64,000 nt of DNA from Chthonomonas calidirosea (GCA_945859975.1 CAMAPH010000008.1:1-64000), one strand, 5' to 3'; counted from the first letter of the stretch, positions 29,735 to 43,945 are shown. Notes: generated from the sequence alone by a model not told the origin. Translations and numbers: made by a program.

Positions 29735-31498
29735 TTACCAGTCTTCATGCGTCGATTCGGCTTCCTGAGGCGGAATTGGCTTGAGTTTCTTGAGCTGCTC
29801 AAGATACTTTTGCCGTTCCTCATCGCTATCAAGAAGAGGACGGGCGGCGGTCGTTTTCTGGAGCGTGGCCTTTTCTCGAAGTTTAACAATCGACTCGGTG
29901 ATGTAATCCTCTTTCAGCATGTCGCCACGAAGGTCTTCTTCGATGTCGGCAAGGATTGATCGCAATCGCTCCGGTTCGAGATTTCCCAGCCACTGACTCA
30001 CCTCACCATTTGGCGCAGAGGTTGGAAAGGTAAGCGCAATCGCGGCGGAAAGCTCCTTCCCGAGCGAAGTGACGAACAAGTCGCCGTGCCTTGAAAACAT
30101 CCAGCCTTCCTTCCTGAACTTACTGCTGAGAAAAGCCCGAAACACCACGACCTCGGCCGATTCCAGGTCCTTCACGGTCGTCCTGGCCCGAGTGATCGAC
30201 CGAGCCGCCTGTCGAGTCGCCTCCGGATCAAATGCCCGAGCTCGACGGATGTTGCCTACGGTCCGTTTGAGCGCCTTTTGCGCCTGGATCGGATCCGTTA
30301 GGCCGGGATACTTCGGGGCAAGGCGAACCAATTGCCGATCAAGCTCCAACTCGTTCGGAGCGTCAGCAAGAATCTCCAGTGCTTCCTGCCAAAAACTCTC
30401 ATCCGCCGGATCCACTTTCTCTTCGAGCCGACGAATCTTGAAGTCAATCGGTGGCAGACCTTTCGCCACCGCCTCAGCAACTGCTCCCGGTCCCTTTTGG
30501 CGAAGCAAGGAATCTGGGTCATCCCCCTTTGGAAGCAAAGAAACCCGCACCCGAAGGCCCTCCGCCTGCATCACCGCAATAGCGCGATCAGCCGCCTTCT
30601 GCCCAGCTTCGTCGCTATCGTAGAGAATCGTAACTTCTTCTGCCCAGCGCTTCAGCAACTTTGCTTGCTCCTCGGTCGCCGAGGTGCCAAGTGAAGCCAC
30701 CGCTTGCGTGACCCCTGCCGCGTGGCAAGCGATGACATCCAGATAGCCCTCAACCAGGACCGCCCGCTTTAACTTTCCAATCGAGTCCCGCGCTTCGCTG
30801 AAGCCGTAGAGCACTCGGCTCTTCCGATACAGCGGCGTGTCTCCGCTGTTGATGTACTTCGGCATGCCGGTGCCAAGCACGCGTCCTCCAAAGCCAACCG
30901 TCGCACCGCGCTCGTCCTTGATCGGAAACATGAGTCGGCCGCGAAACTTGTCGAAGAATCCGCCCGATGGATCGGTGTCTACCAAGAATAAGTCTTTACA
31001 GTCCTGAAGCGAAAATCCCAGCTTCTTAAGGTGGTTCGCCAGGGCTTCACCGACCTCGGGGGCATAGCCGATTCCCCACTTGGACAGCGTGTCCGAGTCC
31101 AGTCCACGCCTCTCGCAGTACTCTCGGGCGGTTGAACTCTTGGAGAGTTGTTCTTGGAAGAACGCCAGCGCCGCCGCCATTGGCTCAGCGTAAGACTTGG
31201 ACTTTTCCCCGCCCTCGCGGCTCTTGAGGGTGACTCCCGCCTCTTTCGCAAGAATTCGAAGTGCTTCAACAAAATCGACGTTCTGCCGATTCATGACCCA
31301 GTTGAAGATATCTCCCGTCGCTCCGCAAGACCAGCATTTATAACGTCCGGTGGAGGGTGAAACCGTCATCGACGGATTCTTATCGGGATGGAATGGGCAG
31401 AGCCCTTGAAAATTTTTGCCGACCTTCTTGAGGGGCATTTCAGATGAAATAAGCGAGACGATATCGACTCTTTGTCGAATCTCGTCTCGCTCATCCAT
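29735..31498 (-). CDS. dnaG: DNA primase
   Basis: CPFH...CWSC zinc finger, KYINS, VEGYLDV, YDSDEAG, DPD. Confidence 0.97.
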   Translation of the reverse strand: MDERDEIRQRVDIVSLISSEMPLKKVGKNFQGLCPFHPDKNPSMTVSPSTGRYKCWSCGATGDIFNWVMNRQNVDFVEALRILAKEAGVTLKSREGGEKSKSYAEPMAAALAFFQEQLSKSSTAREYCERRGLDSDTLSKWGIGYAPEVGEALANHLKKLGFSLQDCKDLFLVDTDPSGGFFDKFRGRLMFPIKDERGATVGFGGRVLGTGMPKYINSGDTPLYRKSRVLYGFSEARDSIGKLKRAVLVEGYLDVIACHAAGVTQAVASLGTSATEEQAKLLKRWAEEVTILYDSDEAGQKAADRAIAVMQAEGLRVRVSLLPKGDDPDSLLRQKGPGAVAEAVAKGLPPIDFKIRRLEEKVDPADESFWQEALEILADAPNELELDRQLVRLAPKYPGLTDPIQAQKALKRTVGNIRRARAFDPEATRQAARSITRARTTVKDLESAEVVVFRAFLSSKFRKEGWMFSRHGDLFVTSLGKELSAAIALTFPTSAPNGEVSQWLGNLEPERLRSILADIEEDLRGDMLKEDYITESIVKLREKATLQKTTAARPLLDSDEERQKYLEQLKKLKPIPPQEAESTHEDW

Positions 31499-31540
31499 GC
31501 TATCAGCCTACTTCAGGGTCCATGCCCTGCGCAGGTTGAC

Positions 31541-32422
31541 TTACGACTTTCCGGCCGCAACCACGACGCCAACGACGACCTGTGGTTTCTTTGGTGCAAG
31601 CCGAGCAAATCGGAATGCAACCTTGCCTCGGGTGAGGTACTTCACGAACATGTTGTCACCGGCAATTTCATAACCGTCCGGATTCGCATACTTGCCGACA
31701 ACGGTCTTGAAGTTCGCGCCAAACGTAACGCCGTTTCGGGTCTTGACCATGGGATCCTTCAACCCGATGGCTTCGATCTGAACAACTCGACCGAGTCGGT
31801 CGATGATGAACGCGTACTTCGAGGACTTCTTGTTGTAGACCCATCGAGTAAACGTCACTCGCGTTCCGGCTCCTGCAGCCGGAGGAGCACCCGCTGCGCC
31901 ACCGCCAGCTGGAGGTGCGCCTGCACCCGGTCGTCCACCGCCAGGGCCACCGACTCCCGGAGGAGGGCCGCCGCCATTGGGAACGCCTGGAGGCGGACCG
32001 CCAGGACCAAACGGGCTAGAGCCACCGCTTTGGCGGCCACCAGGGGCAAACTGTCGTAGATCGTCTTCGGACGAAAGAGGTGGCATAAAGTCAGCTAGCT
32101 GTCCGCCTGCCGCTCCGCCTCCACCCGCCGCACGGCCACCGCCGCCAGCACCGGCTGCACCGGGTCTTCCGGCAGGTGCGCCAGGAGCACCAGCTCCACC
32201 GCCACCACCGCCGAACTGGGCGCCGCCACCGAGGGTCACCGGTAGGATTTCATCCGGTGTACCAAACTTCTGCAATACGCGGGTGCTTTTGTCAAACAGG
32301 TTGATTCCTAACAACCCTGTCTCCGCACGCTGCGCGAGTGCACTCGCAGCAAGCGGAACCATTGCAAGCACCGTTAGCGTTTTTTGAACAATCCTCGTCT
32401 TCAAAGGGAATTCGTCCTCCAT
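31541..32422 (-). CDS. exported protein with Gly/Pro-rich low-complexity insert
   Basis: Signal-like N-terminus; GGP/GAP-rich middle between globular segments. Confidence 0.75.
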   Translation of the reverse strand: MEDEFPLKTRIVQKTLTVLAMVPLAASALAQRAETGLLGINLFDKSTRVLQKFGTPDEILPVTLGGGAQFGGGGGGAGAPGAPAGRPGAAGAGGGGRAAGGGGAAGGQLADFMPPLSSEDDLRQFAPGGRQSGGSSPFGPGGPPPGVPNGGGPPPGVGGPGGGRPGAGAPPAGGGAAGAPPAAGAGTRVTFTRWVYNKKSSKYAFIIDRLGRVVQIEAIGLKDPMVKTRNGVTFGANFKTVVGKYANPDGYEIAGDNMFVKYLTRGKVAFRFARLAPKKPQVVVGVVVAAGKS

Positions 32423-32553
32423 TGTGGGCGAGACATCCTGCCTGCCCTTACGCTAGTTATTGACGTACCTAGGACCCGGATTCGTAACAGGTCCTAGAAA
32501 GGAACCTCAGGTATACACCCGGTATTAGTTCAGTTAAGGAAACTGACAATCTC

Positions 32554-32877
32554 ATGGCAGCCAATTTAGAAATCAGCAGCTCGCAGTTCGAAGCCGAAGT
32601 CATCAACTCGGAACTTCCCGTCCTCATCGACTTCTGGGCACCTTGGTGCGGCCCTTGCCGAGCCATCGCTCCATCGGTCGAAGCTCTCGCCGAAGAGTTC
32701 GCCGGAAAAGCGAAGGTCTTCAAGATCGACGTCGACAAGGAACCAGACCTCGCCTCTAAGTACGGAGTAATGAGCATCCCTGCTCTCCATGTCTTCAAGG
32801 GCGGACGAGAAGTCAACAAGGCCGTCGGTGCCTTGCCAAAGGATCAGATCAAAGCTCTGATCGAATCCGCACTCTAA
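32554..32877 (+). CDS. trxA: thioredoxin
   Basis: WAPWCGPC, SIP. Confidence 0.97.
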   Translation: MAANLEISSSQFEAEVINSELPVLIDFWAPWCGPCRAIAPSVEALAEEFAGKAKVFKIDVDKEPDLASKYGVMSIPALHVFKGGREVNKAVGALPKDQIKALIESAL

Positions 32878-32894
32878 ACGAGTCCAGCGTTCAG

Positions 32895-32927
32895 AAGGGC
32901 CCGATTCCGCAAGGATCGGGCCCTTTT
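32895..32927 (+). terminator. terminator after trxA
   Basis: AAGGGCCCGAT...ATCGGGCCCTTTT. Confidence 0.75.
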
Positions 32928-32942
32928 CGGTTTAATTGACCT

Positions 32943-34541
32943 GTGAGTTCCGAACCCAAACCGGCCGATGTTGGCACCAGCGTGGCCAAAGCCGGCGGAA
33001 TCATGGTCGTCTCGCTCTTCCTGAGCCGAGTTCTCGGCATGGTCCGGGAGATGGTCATGACCGGAAAGTTCGGGTCCGGCAGTCAAACCGACGCCTACAA
33101 TCTGGCCTTTTCTTTGCCAGACTTGCTCTTCTTTCTCATCGCCGGCGGCGCACTGAGTTCGGCATTCATCCCGGTCTTCACGGAGTACTACCAAACCGAA
33201 CGCGAAGACGAGGCTTGGCATGTGTTCAGCGTGGTCGCCACCGTGATGTCGATCGTCGTCCTGACCTTCATCACGATTGCCTGGATTCTCGCTGAGCCGA
33301 TCACTCACCTCCTCGCGCCGTCAGCAACCGGGCAAAAGTTCAACGACATCGTGCTGATGAGCCGAATCGTGTTGCCAACCCAGTACGCGTTCTTCATCGG
33401 CGGCCTAATGTTTGGAACCCTTTACGCAAGGAGGGTTTTTGCCATTCCGGGCCTGGGACCGAACGTTTACAACATTGGGATCCTATTCGGCGCCCTCGTG
33501 CTGTCCAGCTTCACCAATCCACCCATTGCTGGTATGTCCTGGGGAGCGCTCGGCGGAGCGATGATCGGCAACCTGATCATTCCATTCCTGACCATGCGCA
33601 AGCTCGGGTCGAAGTTTGCCTTCTCGCTCGATGTTCGCCATCCGGGCGTCGTTAAGGTCTTCAAGCTGATGCTGCCGGTGGTCCTTGGGCTCTCGCTACC
33701 CGGCGTTTACGATCTGATCTCCCGTTATTACGGGCAGATGTATTCCGACGGGTTGGTCACCAACCTCAAACTCGGCAATGTCCTGATGCAAGCGCCCCTT
33801 GCAGTGTTCGGCCAATCGCTCGCTCTGGCTGCCTTCCCGGTGCTGTCCCAACACTTCGCCCGTGGCGAAACCGGACTCTACCAGTCCCAGATGAACGCAA
33901 CCATCCGCCAGGTGCTGTTCATCTCGATCCCGATTTCCGCGCTCATGTTCGCCGCGCCCGAGCCGATTGTCGTGGCGATCTTCCAGCACGGCGCTTTTAC
34001 GGTTGAGAGCTCCCGAATCGTTTCCGACCTGCTGCGTCTTCTGAGCCTTGGCATTTGGGCCTGGTGCCTGCATCCGGTTCTCATGCGGGGATTCTTTGCC
34101 GCGCAGCATTCGACAACCCCAATCGTTATCGGCACGATCACTACGGGCGTGTTCTTCATTCTCATCAACCTCGGACGGCAGACCTCGCTCAGCTATCTGG
34201 CGATTCCATTAGCATCCTCCCTTTCCGGCCTATTTCTGGTGGCGGCTCTCCTGTTTGCTCTGCACCGCCGAATGGGCGGGGTTGACTTTGCCGGAATCCT
34301 ATCCACGATGGGTAAGGCCCTGCTGGGTTCGATCGTGTTCGTTGGTGTTACTTACGGCTTGCTCCAAGTTCCATACCTGCAGTCGATCCAGACCAACAAA
34401 CTCGGCGCGGTGCTGATCCTGCTGCTCGTTTGCCTTCCCGGATTTTCGCTCTACGTGATCATCGCTCGGGCGCTGAAAATGCCAGAAACCGCCGCGCTTG
34501 ACCGGACCTTTGACAAAATCCGTAGCCGGGTTGGCCGCTGA
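32943..34541 (+). CDS. murJ: lipid II flippase MurJ/MviN
   Basis: LSRVLGMVRE, AFSLPD, GALSSAFIPVF; polytopic membrane protein. Confidence 0.93.
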   Translation: MSSEPKPADVGTSVAKAGGIMVVSLFLSRVLGMVREMVMTGKFGSGSQTDAYNLAFSLPDLLFFLIAGGALSSAFIPVFTEYYQTEREDEAWHVFSVVATVMSIVVLTFITIAWILAEPITHLLAPSATGQKFNDIVLMSRIVLPTQYAFFIGGLMFGTLYARRVFAIPGLGPNVYNIGILFGALVLSSFTNPPIAGMSWGALGGAMIGNLIIPFLTMRKLGSKFAFSLDVRHPGVVKVFKLMLPVVLGLSLPGVYDLISRYYGQMYSDGLVTNLKLGNVLMQAPLAVFGQSLALAAFPVLSQHFARGETGLYQSQMNATIRQVLFISIPISALMFAAPEPIVVAIFQHGAFTVESSRIVSDLLRLLSLGIWAWCLHPVLMRGFFAAQHSTTPIVIGTITTGVFFILINLGRQTSLSYLAIPLASSLSGLFLVAALLFALHRRMGGVDFAGILSTMGKALLGSIVFVGVTYGLLQVPYLQSIQTNKLGAVLILLLVCLPGFSLYVIIARALKMPETAALDRTFDKIRSRVGR

Positions 34542-34561
34542 CCGGCTGGTATCTTGATGCC

Positions 34562-35743
34562 ATGGACAACGTGGTCATCGTTTCTGGCGCCCGCACCGCA
34601 ATCGGCGCATTTCAAGGCAGTCTTAGTAGCAAATCCGCCCCTGCGCTAGGTTCGGTCGCCCTTCGCGAAGCAATCTCACGGGCTGGAATCGATGCCGCGG
34701 AGATTAGCGAAGTCCTCATGGGCAACGTGCTCAGCGGCGGTCTTGGTCAAGCACCGGCTCGACAGGCTGCGCTTGGCGCGGACCTTCCAAACTCCGTCCC
34801 GTGCACCACCGTCAACAAGGTTTGCGGCTCGGGCATGAAAACGGTCATGATGGCCGCCCAGGCCCTCCGCGCCGGAGACGCCAGGATCGTCGTTGCCGGC
34901 GGAATGGAGAGCATGTCCAACGCGCCCTATGCCCTCGAGAAAGCCCGAACGGGTTACCGGATGGGTAACGGCACGCTGCTCGACCTGATGATCCACGACG
35001 GCTTGTGGGACCCATACAACAACTGCCACATGGGCAACTGCGGAGATTCCACCGCAAGCGAGTTCAACATATCGCGCGAGGAGTTGGACGCCTTCTCCGC
35101 CGAAAGCTATCGTCGCGCCATGGCCGCCCAAGCCGAAGGACGATTTGAGCGAGAAATCGCACCGATTCTGATTCCGCAACGAAAAGGCGACCCAGTTCAA
35201 GTCAACCAAGACGAAGAACCCGGCAAAGGGGATCCCGCAAAGCTTCCTTCCCTTCGAGCAGCGTTCAGCAAAGACGGCGTCACGACCGCCGGCAACGCAA
35301 GCTCGCTCAATGACGGCGGCTGCGCTCTCGTGCTCATGCTCGAATCTGAAGCCCAAAAGCGCGGCCTCAAGCCACTCGCTCGAGTTGTCGCTCAGGCACA
35401 ATTCGCGCAGGCACCCGAGCGGTTCACCAGCGCACCGACTGGCGCCATCCAAGCCGTTTTGGCCAAGGCAAAACTAAGCGTCTCCGACGTCGACATCTTC
35501 GAAGTCAACGAGGCTTTCGCCGTCGTGGCCATGCTCGTTGCCCAACAGGCCGGGATTCCACACGAGAAACTGAACTTAAACGGCGGCGCAGTTGCCCTGG
35601 GGCACCCAATCGGCATGACCGGTGCGCGTCTGATTCTGACTGCCGCCTACGAACTCCAAGCGCGAGAAGCCCGGTACGCCGTTTGCTCGCCCTGCATTGG
35701 CGGCGGCGAAGCAACGGCCGTTCTTCTGGAACGAGTCAGCTAG
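34562..35743 (+). CDS. acetyl-CoA C-acetyltransferase (thiolase)
   Basis: NKVCGSG, NEAF, GHPIG, CIGGG. Confidence 0.96.
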   Translation: MDNVVIVSGARTAIGAFQGSLSSKSAPALGSVALREAISRAGIDAAEISEVLMGNVLSGGLGQAPARQAALGADLPNSVPCTTVNKVCGSGMKTVMMAAQALRAGDARIVVAGGMESMSNAPYALEKARTGYRMGNGTLLDLMIHDGLWDPYNNCHMGNCGDSTASEFNISREELDAFSAESYRRAMAAQAEGRFEREIAPILIPQRKGDPVQVNQDEEPGKGDPAKLPSLRAAFSKDGVTTAGNASSLNDGGCALVLMLESEAQKRGLKPLARVVAQAQFAQAPERFTSAPTGAIQAVLAKAKLSVSDVDIFEVNEAFAVVAMLVAQQAGIPHEKLNLNGGAVALGHPIGMTGARLILTAAYELQAREARYAVCSPCIGGGEATAVLLERVS

Positions 35744-36689
35744 CCTCGGACCGATTCTTCAGGTTCAACTTCACGTTGCGGACTAGACCATCGAATCCGG
35801 CTCGGCGAATCGCTGAGCCGGCAAACCGTTCATCCCAATCTTCCCGGCTCATGTTCGCGAGTTGCACCAAACTCGGATACTCACGGGCCGCAAAATCGGG
35901 TTCCGTCGTGACCTGCCCCCGTTCCGGCTGCCGTGGCCCGGTGTGGTTAAACGGACAAACGTCCTGGCAAACGTCGCATCCAAAACTCCAGTCCCCAACA
36001 CCCTTGGCCAACCCTTCGGAGATCTCGCCGCGGTGCTCAATCGTGAGATAGCTCACACATCGGTTTGAATTGATGAACCATCTTCCGTTGCCAAATTGAA
36101 TCGCTCCGGTCGGACAGGCCTCAATGCATGCGCGGCAAGTCCCGCAGCCGCCTAACGCCGGTTGATCGCGCTGAATGTCCAGCGACGTGAGAATGAGGGC
36201 AATGAAACAGAAGCTGCCCCGCTTGCTATCGATCAGGCACGTGTTCTTCCCAAACCAACCAAGCCCTGCCAAGTGGGCGTACTCACGTTCAAAAATCGGC
36301 GCGCTGTCGATGCATCCTCGGAACTCCGCCCCCGGAAACTCCTGTTCCCACCGGGCAATCAGCCGGTTCATCTTGCTGCGAATAACCTTGTGATAGTCCC
36401 GACCTCGCGCATATTGCGCAACCCGAAAGTCTGCCGCCACCGCTGCTGGTTGGCGATAATTCAAAGTCAGCGCAATTACCGTCTGGGCGGACTCTAACAA
36501 CCGCCGGGGGTCGCTTCGCAGCTCAACCGAGTTCGGCAAGTACTCCATCCCCGCGTGATTCCCGTCAGCAAGCCACTGCTTGTAAAAGTCAAGCCCTGCG
36601 GGCGGCTCGATCGCGCAGATTCCAGCCGTTGTAAAGCCAAACTCGATCGCGTCGGATTTAAACGGGCCAGAATCCAGGAACTCGCTCAC
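35736..36689 (-). CDS. queG: epoxyqueuosine reductase
   Basis: YARGRDYH, GLGWFGKN, CGTCRACIEACP, CVSYLTIE, FGCDVCQDVCPFN. Confidence 0.95.
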   Translation of the reverse strand: MSEFLDSGPFKSDAIEFGFTTAGICAIEPPAGLDFYKQWLADGNHAGMEYLPNSVELRSDPRRLLESAQTVIALTLNYRQPAAVAADFRVAQYARGRDYHKVIRSKMNRLIARWEQEFPGAEFRGCIDSAPIFEREYAHLAGLGWFGKNTCLIDSKRGSFCFIALILTSLDIQRDQPALGGCGTCRACIEACPTGAIQFGNGRWFINSNRCVSYLTIEHRGEISEGLAKGVGDWSFGCDVCQDVCPFNHTGPRQPERGQVTTEPDFAAREYPSLVQLANMSREDWDERFAGSAIRRAGFDGLVRNVKLNLKNRSEAS

Positions 36690-37476
36690 AGATCAATTTT
36701 AGGAGACGCCACCATTCTTCGTTGGTCAATTCTTGTGGACGCGCCCGCGGGGAAATCTCCAGCTCAACCAACCAATCGGCAATCTCGGCCTTAGATTTTC
36801 GCAATCCGGTCGCCAGGTTGTTCTCCAGGGTTTTCCGACGCTGCGCAAATCCGATGTTCAGCGCCTTTCCTAGCCCCTTTCTGTCCGACTGGGAGACTGA
36901 GCGGGGAGTGAAGCGCAAAACCACGCTATCGACCTTTGGAGGGGGGAAAAAGGCGTCTGGCGGCACGTCAGCCACGCGGGAAATCTCAAAACCGCATTGC
37001 ATCGCCACAGAAAGCCCGCCGCGCTCGCTTCCTCCCGCGGGCGAAAGAATGCGATCACCGACTTCCCGCTGCATCATTAGAACCGCCCGATCAAGTTCTC
37101 CCGCCAATTCTTCAATCCGGCCGAGCAACGGGCCGGTGATGTAGTACGGCATGTTCGAAACGATGACCAAAGGCTTGGGCATCGCGGAAACAATCTCGGG
37201 CAGATTCAGCTTCAGCGCATCTCCCCAAGTCACCGGAACGCGCGGCGCACACACAGAAAGCGGTTTTGCCATCCGCTCATCGAGTTCGACGGCGTGAACG
37301 TGTTCGAAAGCATCCGACAAGGGACGCGTCAAAATGCCGGGGCCAGGGCCGATTTCGAGGATCGATCCGGCACCATCGCAAGCGTCCAAGATGGCGGACA
37401 CCGCTGGCGCGGAGATCAAAAAGTGTTGCCCAAAGCTCTTATCTGCTTTGAGCTGGTGCCGCTTGAGAAACGGCAC
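36658..37476 (-). CDS. rsmA: 16S rRNA adenine dimethyltransferase
   Basis: GQHFL, EIGPGPG, NMPYYIT, FFPPPKVDS, QRRKTL. Confidence 0.96.
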   Translation of the reverse strand: MPFLKRHQLKADKSFGQHFLISAPAVSAILDACDGAGSILEIGPGPGILTRPLSDAFEHVHAVELDERMAKPLSVCAPRVPVTWGDALKLNLPEIVSAMPKPLVIVSNMPYYITGPLLGRIEELAGELDRAVLMMQREVGDRILSPAGGSERGGLSVAMQCGFEISRVADVPPDAFFPPPKVDSVVLRFTPRSVSQSDRKGLGKALNIGFAQRRKTLENNLATGLRKSKAEIADWLVELEISPRARPQELTNEEWWRLLKLICERVPGFWPV

Positions 37477-37498
37477 CAGTTCGTCAACCGACCATATT

Positions 37499-38128
37499 CT
37501 AGGAGGCTGACTTGAGTACGTGGACCGTCACCTTTCGGCGTCCAAAGGAGAAGGCTCGAGCCCGAGAATCGTAACAAAGATCGATTTTCTTGCCCTTGAT
37601 TGCTCCGCCGGTGTCGGAAGCTAAAGCAAAGCCATAGCCTTCGATGTAGAGCAGCGAACCGAGCGGAATGACTCTAGGGTCTACGGCAACGTGACCAAAC
37701 TTGGCACGATGGCCAAGCTTCGTTCGGCCAGAACCGCCTCTTGGGTTCGGATCGTAGGCACTGGCGCTCATGTTGATGACCGACCCGCGTACGAACGAAC
37801 CACGACTGGTTGGAAAACCAGCTCGACTAATCAGGAATACGGTGTCTTTGGCCGGAGTTTTAGTCTCCGAAACGAGTTTGTATTCGACGGGTTGGTCGTT
37901 GACATAGGTGACAACGAAGTTTCTTTCAATCGAACCTACGGTTCCATCCTGAATCTTGCGGATGGCGCCCGGTCGGAGCGATCGATCGAATTGATAACGA
38001 ACGGTGGGTTTGATCTCCGTTCGCCGGACCTCAGTCCTGGTTTTTTCTTCGGACGTTCCAGCAAATGCCATTCCGGCAAAAGCTAGAAGCCCTATAAGCA
38101 AACTCCCTTTCGGTGAGCAGTTGCGCAT
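37499..38128 (-). CDS. G5 + 3D domain protein
   Basis: ASAY, AVDPRVIPLG, DTGGAIKGKKIDL; AGGAGG SD before ATG at 38128. Confidence 0.88.
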   Translation of the reverse strand: MRNCSPKGSLLIGLLAFAGMAFAGTSEEKTRTEVRRTEIKPTVRYQFDRSLRPGAIRKIQDGTVGSIERNFVVTYVNDQPVEYKLVSETKTPAKDTVFLISRAGFPTSRGSFVRGSVINMSASAYDPNPRGGSGRTKLGHRAKFGHVAVDPRVIPLGSLLYIEGYGFALASDTGGAIKGKKIDLCYDSRARAFSFGRRKVTVHVLKSAS

Positions 38129-38202
38129 TCGGTACCTCCTGCTTGGCTGCAAAGCCTATGGCTAAGCGACGAGTCATAGTACCAAACAATTGCCTCAAAT
38201 GT

Positions 38203-39065
38203 CTACTTTCTGCGAATGACGGATACCAGACAGGGCGTGTTTTCGGCCGTGGTGATGAGAGATTTGCCGTCTGCTGAGTACGCAATTCCCTCGCCCTGAA
38301 GGTCCAAATTAGTCCGAATCGCCATCGGCTCCTTCTTGGTCCAGCCGGCTGCACCCGCCGAAATATCCCACTCGTAAGCCGACATATAGGTTCGAAGCGC
38401 GAGGAATTTCCCATCTGGCGACACCGCTCCGCCTGTCACCATGCGCGATTCTTTGATGAATCCGCCCAGGTCCACTTCCCCAACAAAAGTCAGCGTCTGA
38501 ATTCCCTTGGTTTTCTCGAGCGAACCTTTGAAAACTTTTGATTTCCCCTTCTGCATTTTCACGCAAATCTGGAATTCTCGACCGCCGGGCATGATCAAAA
38601 GTGCCTCAGCATTGTAGGCATCGGGATAAACAAACTCGACCTTTTCGGCGAATTCGACCTCCTTAACCTGGTCATCCGGCTCCTTGACGATGTACAGAAC
38701 GAGCGACTTTCTTTTGCGCCCATTGTTTCCAATGTCACCAATGGCCAGGTACTTCTCGCCATCTCGCTCGAAGCTCGCGATGTCTTCCCAATCTTGCGCG
38801 GTCGCGCCCTTTACGCGGACTTCCTGGGTGACCTTGCCGTCTTCGGTAAACCGGTAAAAGCGGGGATAGTCACCGCTGTCGTTGTGGGTGAAATAGGTAC
38901 CGGGATACCGAAGGCTCGCCGCCACGCCAGAAGATTCTTTAACCCGGGGGTCCTTGATTAAGCACAGAGTTTCTGGCCGGAGGTAGGTCCGATCCATCCT
39001 TTCGTCGGGGGAAAACCCGCACCCGGCGGCGAGCAAAACCGATGCCGCAAAGATGGGGCTAACTC

Positions 39066-39069
<4 letters not shown>
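38203..39069 (-). CDS. lipoprotein with probable beta-propeller (phytase/esterase-like)
   Basis: Lipobox AAGC; ESSG, HNDSG, DWEDI, IGDIG, QGEGI. Confidence 0.7.
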
Positions 39070-41962
<2,893 letters not shown>

Positions 41963-42472
41963 TCAAACCAAGTCGGAATCGACGTCGAGCAATTCATCCG
42001 CGACGTAAATCGGTGCTTCGAATCGTAGGGCCATCGCGATGGCGTCGGAAGGGCGCGAGTCAATCTCAACTTCGGCGTTTCCAGACTGCAGGTACATCTT
42101 CGCATAATAGACCGCGTTCCAGAAGTCGTCAATCACGACTCGGTCGATATCGCAACCAACGCGATCCAGGATGTTCTTGATCAGATCGTGCGTCTGCGGC
42201 CGATCCGGCCGCTTCTGCTCGATGATGTACATGATCGCGTTGCTTTCCGATGCCCCAATCAGAATTGGGAGTTTTCTCACTCCGTCGGTCAGGAGCACAA
42301 AGTGAGAGATCCGGCCCTTGGTTTCGGCACCAAAGACGCCCTGCACGGAAACCTCTACAAGCTCGCCAAAGTTTCCTGGCTCACGCTCCGGATTCGACCC
42401 GCTATAGGGGAAAAACGAAGGCGGCGTCTCTAGGCCTTCGCCACCTTCTCCACCCTCGTACTCCTCTGCCAT
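41963..42472 (-). CDS. bifunctional nuclease family protein (DUF151)
   Basis: LPILIG, RPQTHDL, DSRPSDAIAMA. Confidence 0.92.
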   Translation of the reverse strand: MAEEYEGGEGGEGLETPPSFFPYSGSNPEREPGNFGELVEVSVQGVFGAETKGRISHFVLLTDGVRKLPILIGASESNAIMYIIEQKRPDRPQTHDLIKNILDRVGCDIDRVVIDDFWNAVYYAKMYLQSGNAEVEIDSRPSDAIAMALRFEAPIYVADELLDVDSDLV

Positions 42473-42506
42473 CGAACGTAGGTTACCCGCCGCTCAACCG
42501 GCTCTT

Positions 42507-43886
42507 CTAGACCGTTGCCTTAGTTCTTGCGATGACGGATTCGAGGAAGATGTTGTTCGTCGGCGTGCGCTTCAGGAGCTTGATGAGACCTTCAGTAGCT
42601 TCCACCGAATTGTTCTCCTTTGCCATGAGTCGGCGAAGCTGAACAACACCTTCGAGTTCAATCTTCTCGAAGAGCAATTCTTCGTGTCGAGTGGAGGAAC
42701 GTCGAATGTCGACGGCCGGCCAGATTCTTCGTTCTGACAAATCACGGTCAAGGACGATTTCCATGTTGCCGGTTCCCTTCAGTTCTTCGAAGATCGCTTC
42801 ATCCATCTTCGATCCTGTCTCCACGAGAACCGAAGCGACGATCGTGAGAGATCCGCCTTCTTCGATGTTTCGCGCGGCGCCGAAGAATCGACGTGGGCGA
42901 TAAAGTGCCGCTGGGTCCAAACCTCCCGTAAGGGTTCTTCCAGAAGGATTGATGGTCAAGTTGGATGCTCGCGAAAGTCGAGTGAGCGAGTCGAGCAGAA
43001 TGACAACGTCTCGACCGGCTTCGACCAATCGCTTGGCCTGTTCGAGGCAAAGATCGGTCACTCGCATGTGATTCTCGGCGGGCTCATCGAAGGTCGATGA
43101 AATGACCTGACCGCGAACCGACCGCTTCATGTCCGTGACTTCTTCTGGCCGCTCATCAACGAGCAGAACCATCAAAGCAACTTCGGGATGGTTGATGCCG
43201 ATTGCGTTGGCAATCGACTTCATCATCGTCGTCTTTCCGGCCTTTGGCGGAGAAACGATGAGGCCGCGCTGGCCCTTTCCGATTGGAGATATCAGATCAA
43301 CAATTCGCGTCGCGATGTTGTCTGGTCCGGTCTCCATCACTAGCTTTTCATTAGGGAAAAGCGGGGTGAGTTCGTCGAAGTTCTTGCGGCGCTGCATCTC
43401 GGGGCTCTTGGATGCAATGCCGTTCACGCCTTCGACACGCAGAAGGGCGGGATACTTTTCGCCTTCTCGTGGTAATCGGACTTGGCAGAAGACCGTGTCT
43501 CCGGGCTTCAGGTTCGCTTTCTTGATCGCCGCGCCACCGATGTAAACATCCGATGGGGTCTGGTGGTAGTCGTCCTTGCGAAGGAATCCGTAACCATCAG
43601 GAAGGACTTCGAGAATGCCGTACGCGTAGTTGGAATCTGGGTTAACCAGTTGGAGGAGCCTTTCGATCAGCTCATGTCGCAGCAAGGTTTTCGGGTCGAG
43701 TTTGGCGGCTTTGGCTTCCTTGAGGAGGGCAGCCGGGGTCATTTGGTCGAAGAAGTTGTAATCCTTCTCCGGTAGTAGCTGCTCAATCTCCTGCTCGTTG
43801 GTCTGCGGAAGTCCGGGTCGCTGATTCTGATTTCCACGTCGGCGACGTCCGCCCTCTTGCTTACGAGGTCTGAAACTATGGGTCAT
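42507..43886 (-). CDS. rho: transcription termination factor Rho
   Basis: [35 protein letters not shown]. Confidence 0.97.
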   Translation of the reverse strand: MTHSFRPRKQEGGRRRRGNQNQRPGLPQTNEQEIEQLLPEKDYNFFDQMTPAALLKEAKAAKLDPKTLLRHELIERLLQLVNPDSNYAYGILEVLPDGYGFLRKDDYHQTPSDVYIGGAAIKKANLKPGDTVFCQVRLPREGEKYPALLRVEGVNGIASKSPEMQRRKNFDELTPLFPNEKLVMETGPDNIATRIVDLISPIGKGQRGLIVSPPKAGKTTMMKSIANAIGINHPEVALMVLLVDERPEEVTDMKRSVRGQVISSTFDEPAENHMRVTDLCLEQAKRLVEAGRDVVILLDSLTRLSRASNLTINPSGRTLTGGLDPAALYRPRRFFGAARNIEEGGSLTIVASVLVETGSKMDEAIFEELKGTGNMEIVLDRDLSERRIWPAVDIRRSSTRHEELLFEKIELEGVVQLRRLMAKENNSVEATEGLIKLLKRTPTNNIFLESVIARTKATV

Positions 43887-43945
43887 ATGATTTGCCTGGA
43901 ATGTTGTGGCTTGCGTCTTCTGTTTCCGCTTCAGCGTGCTAGACG

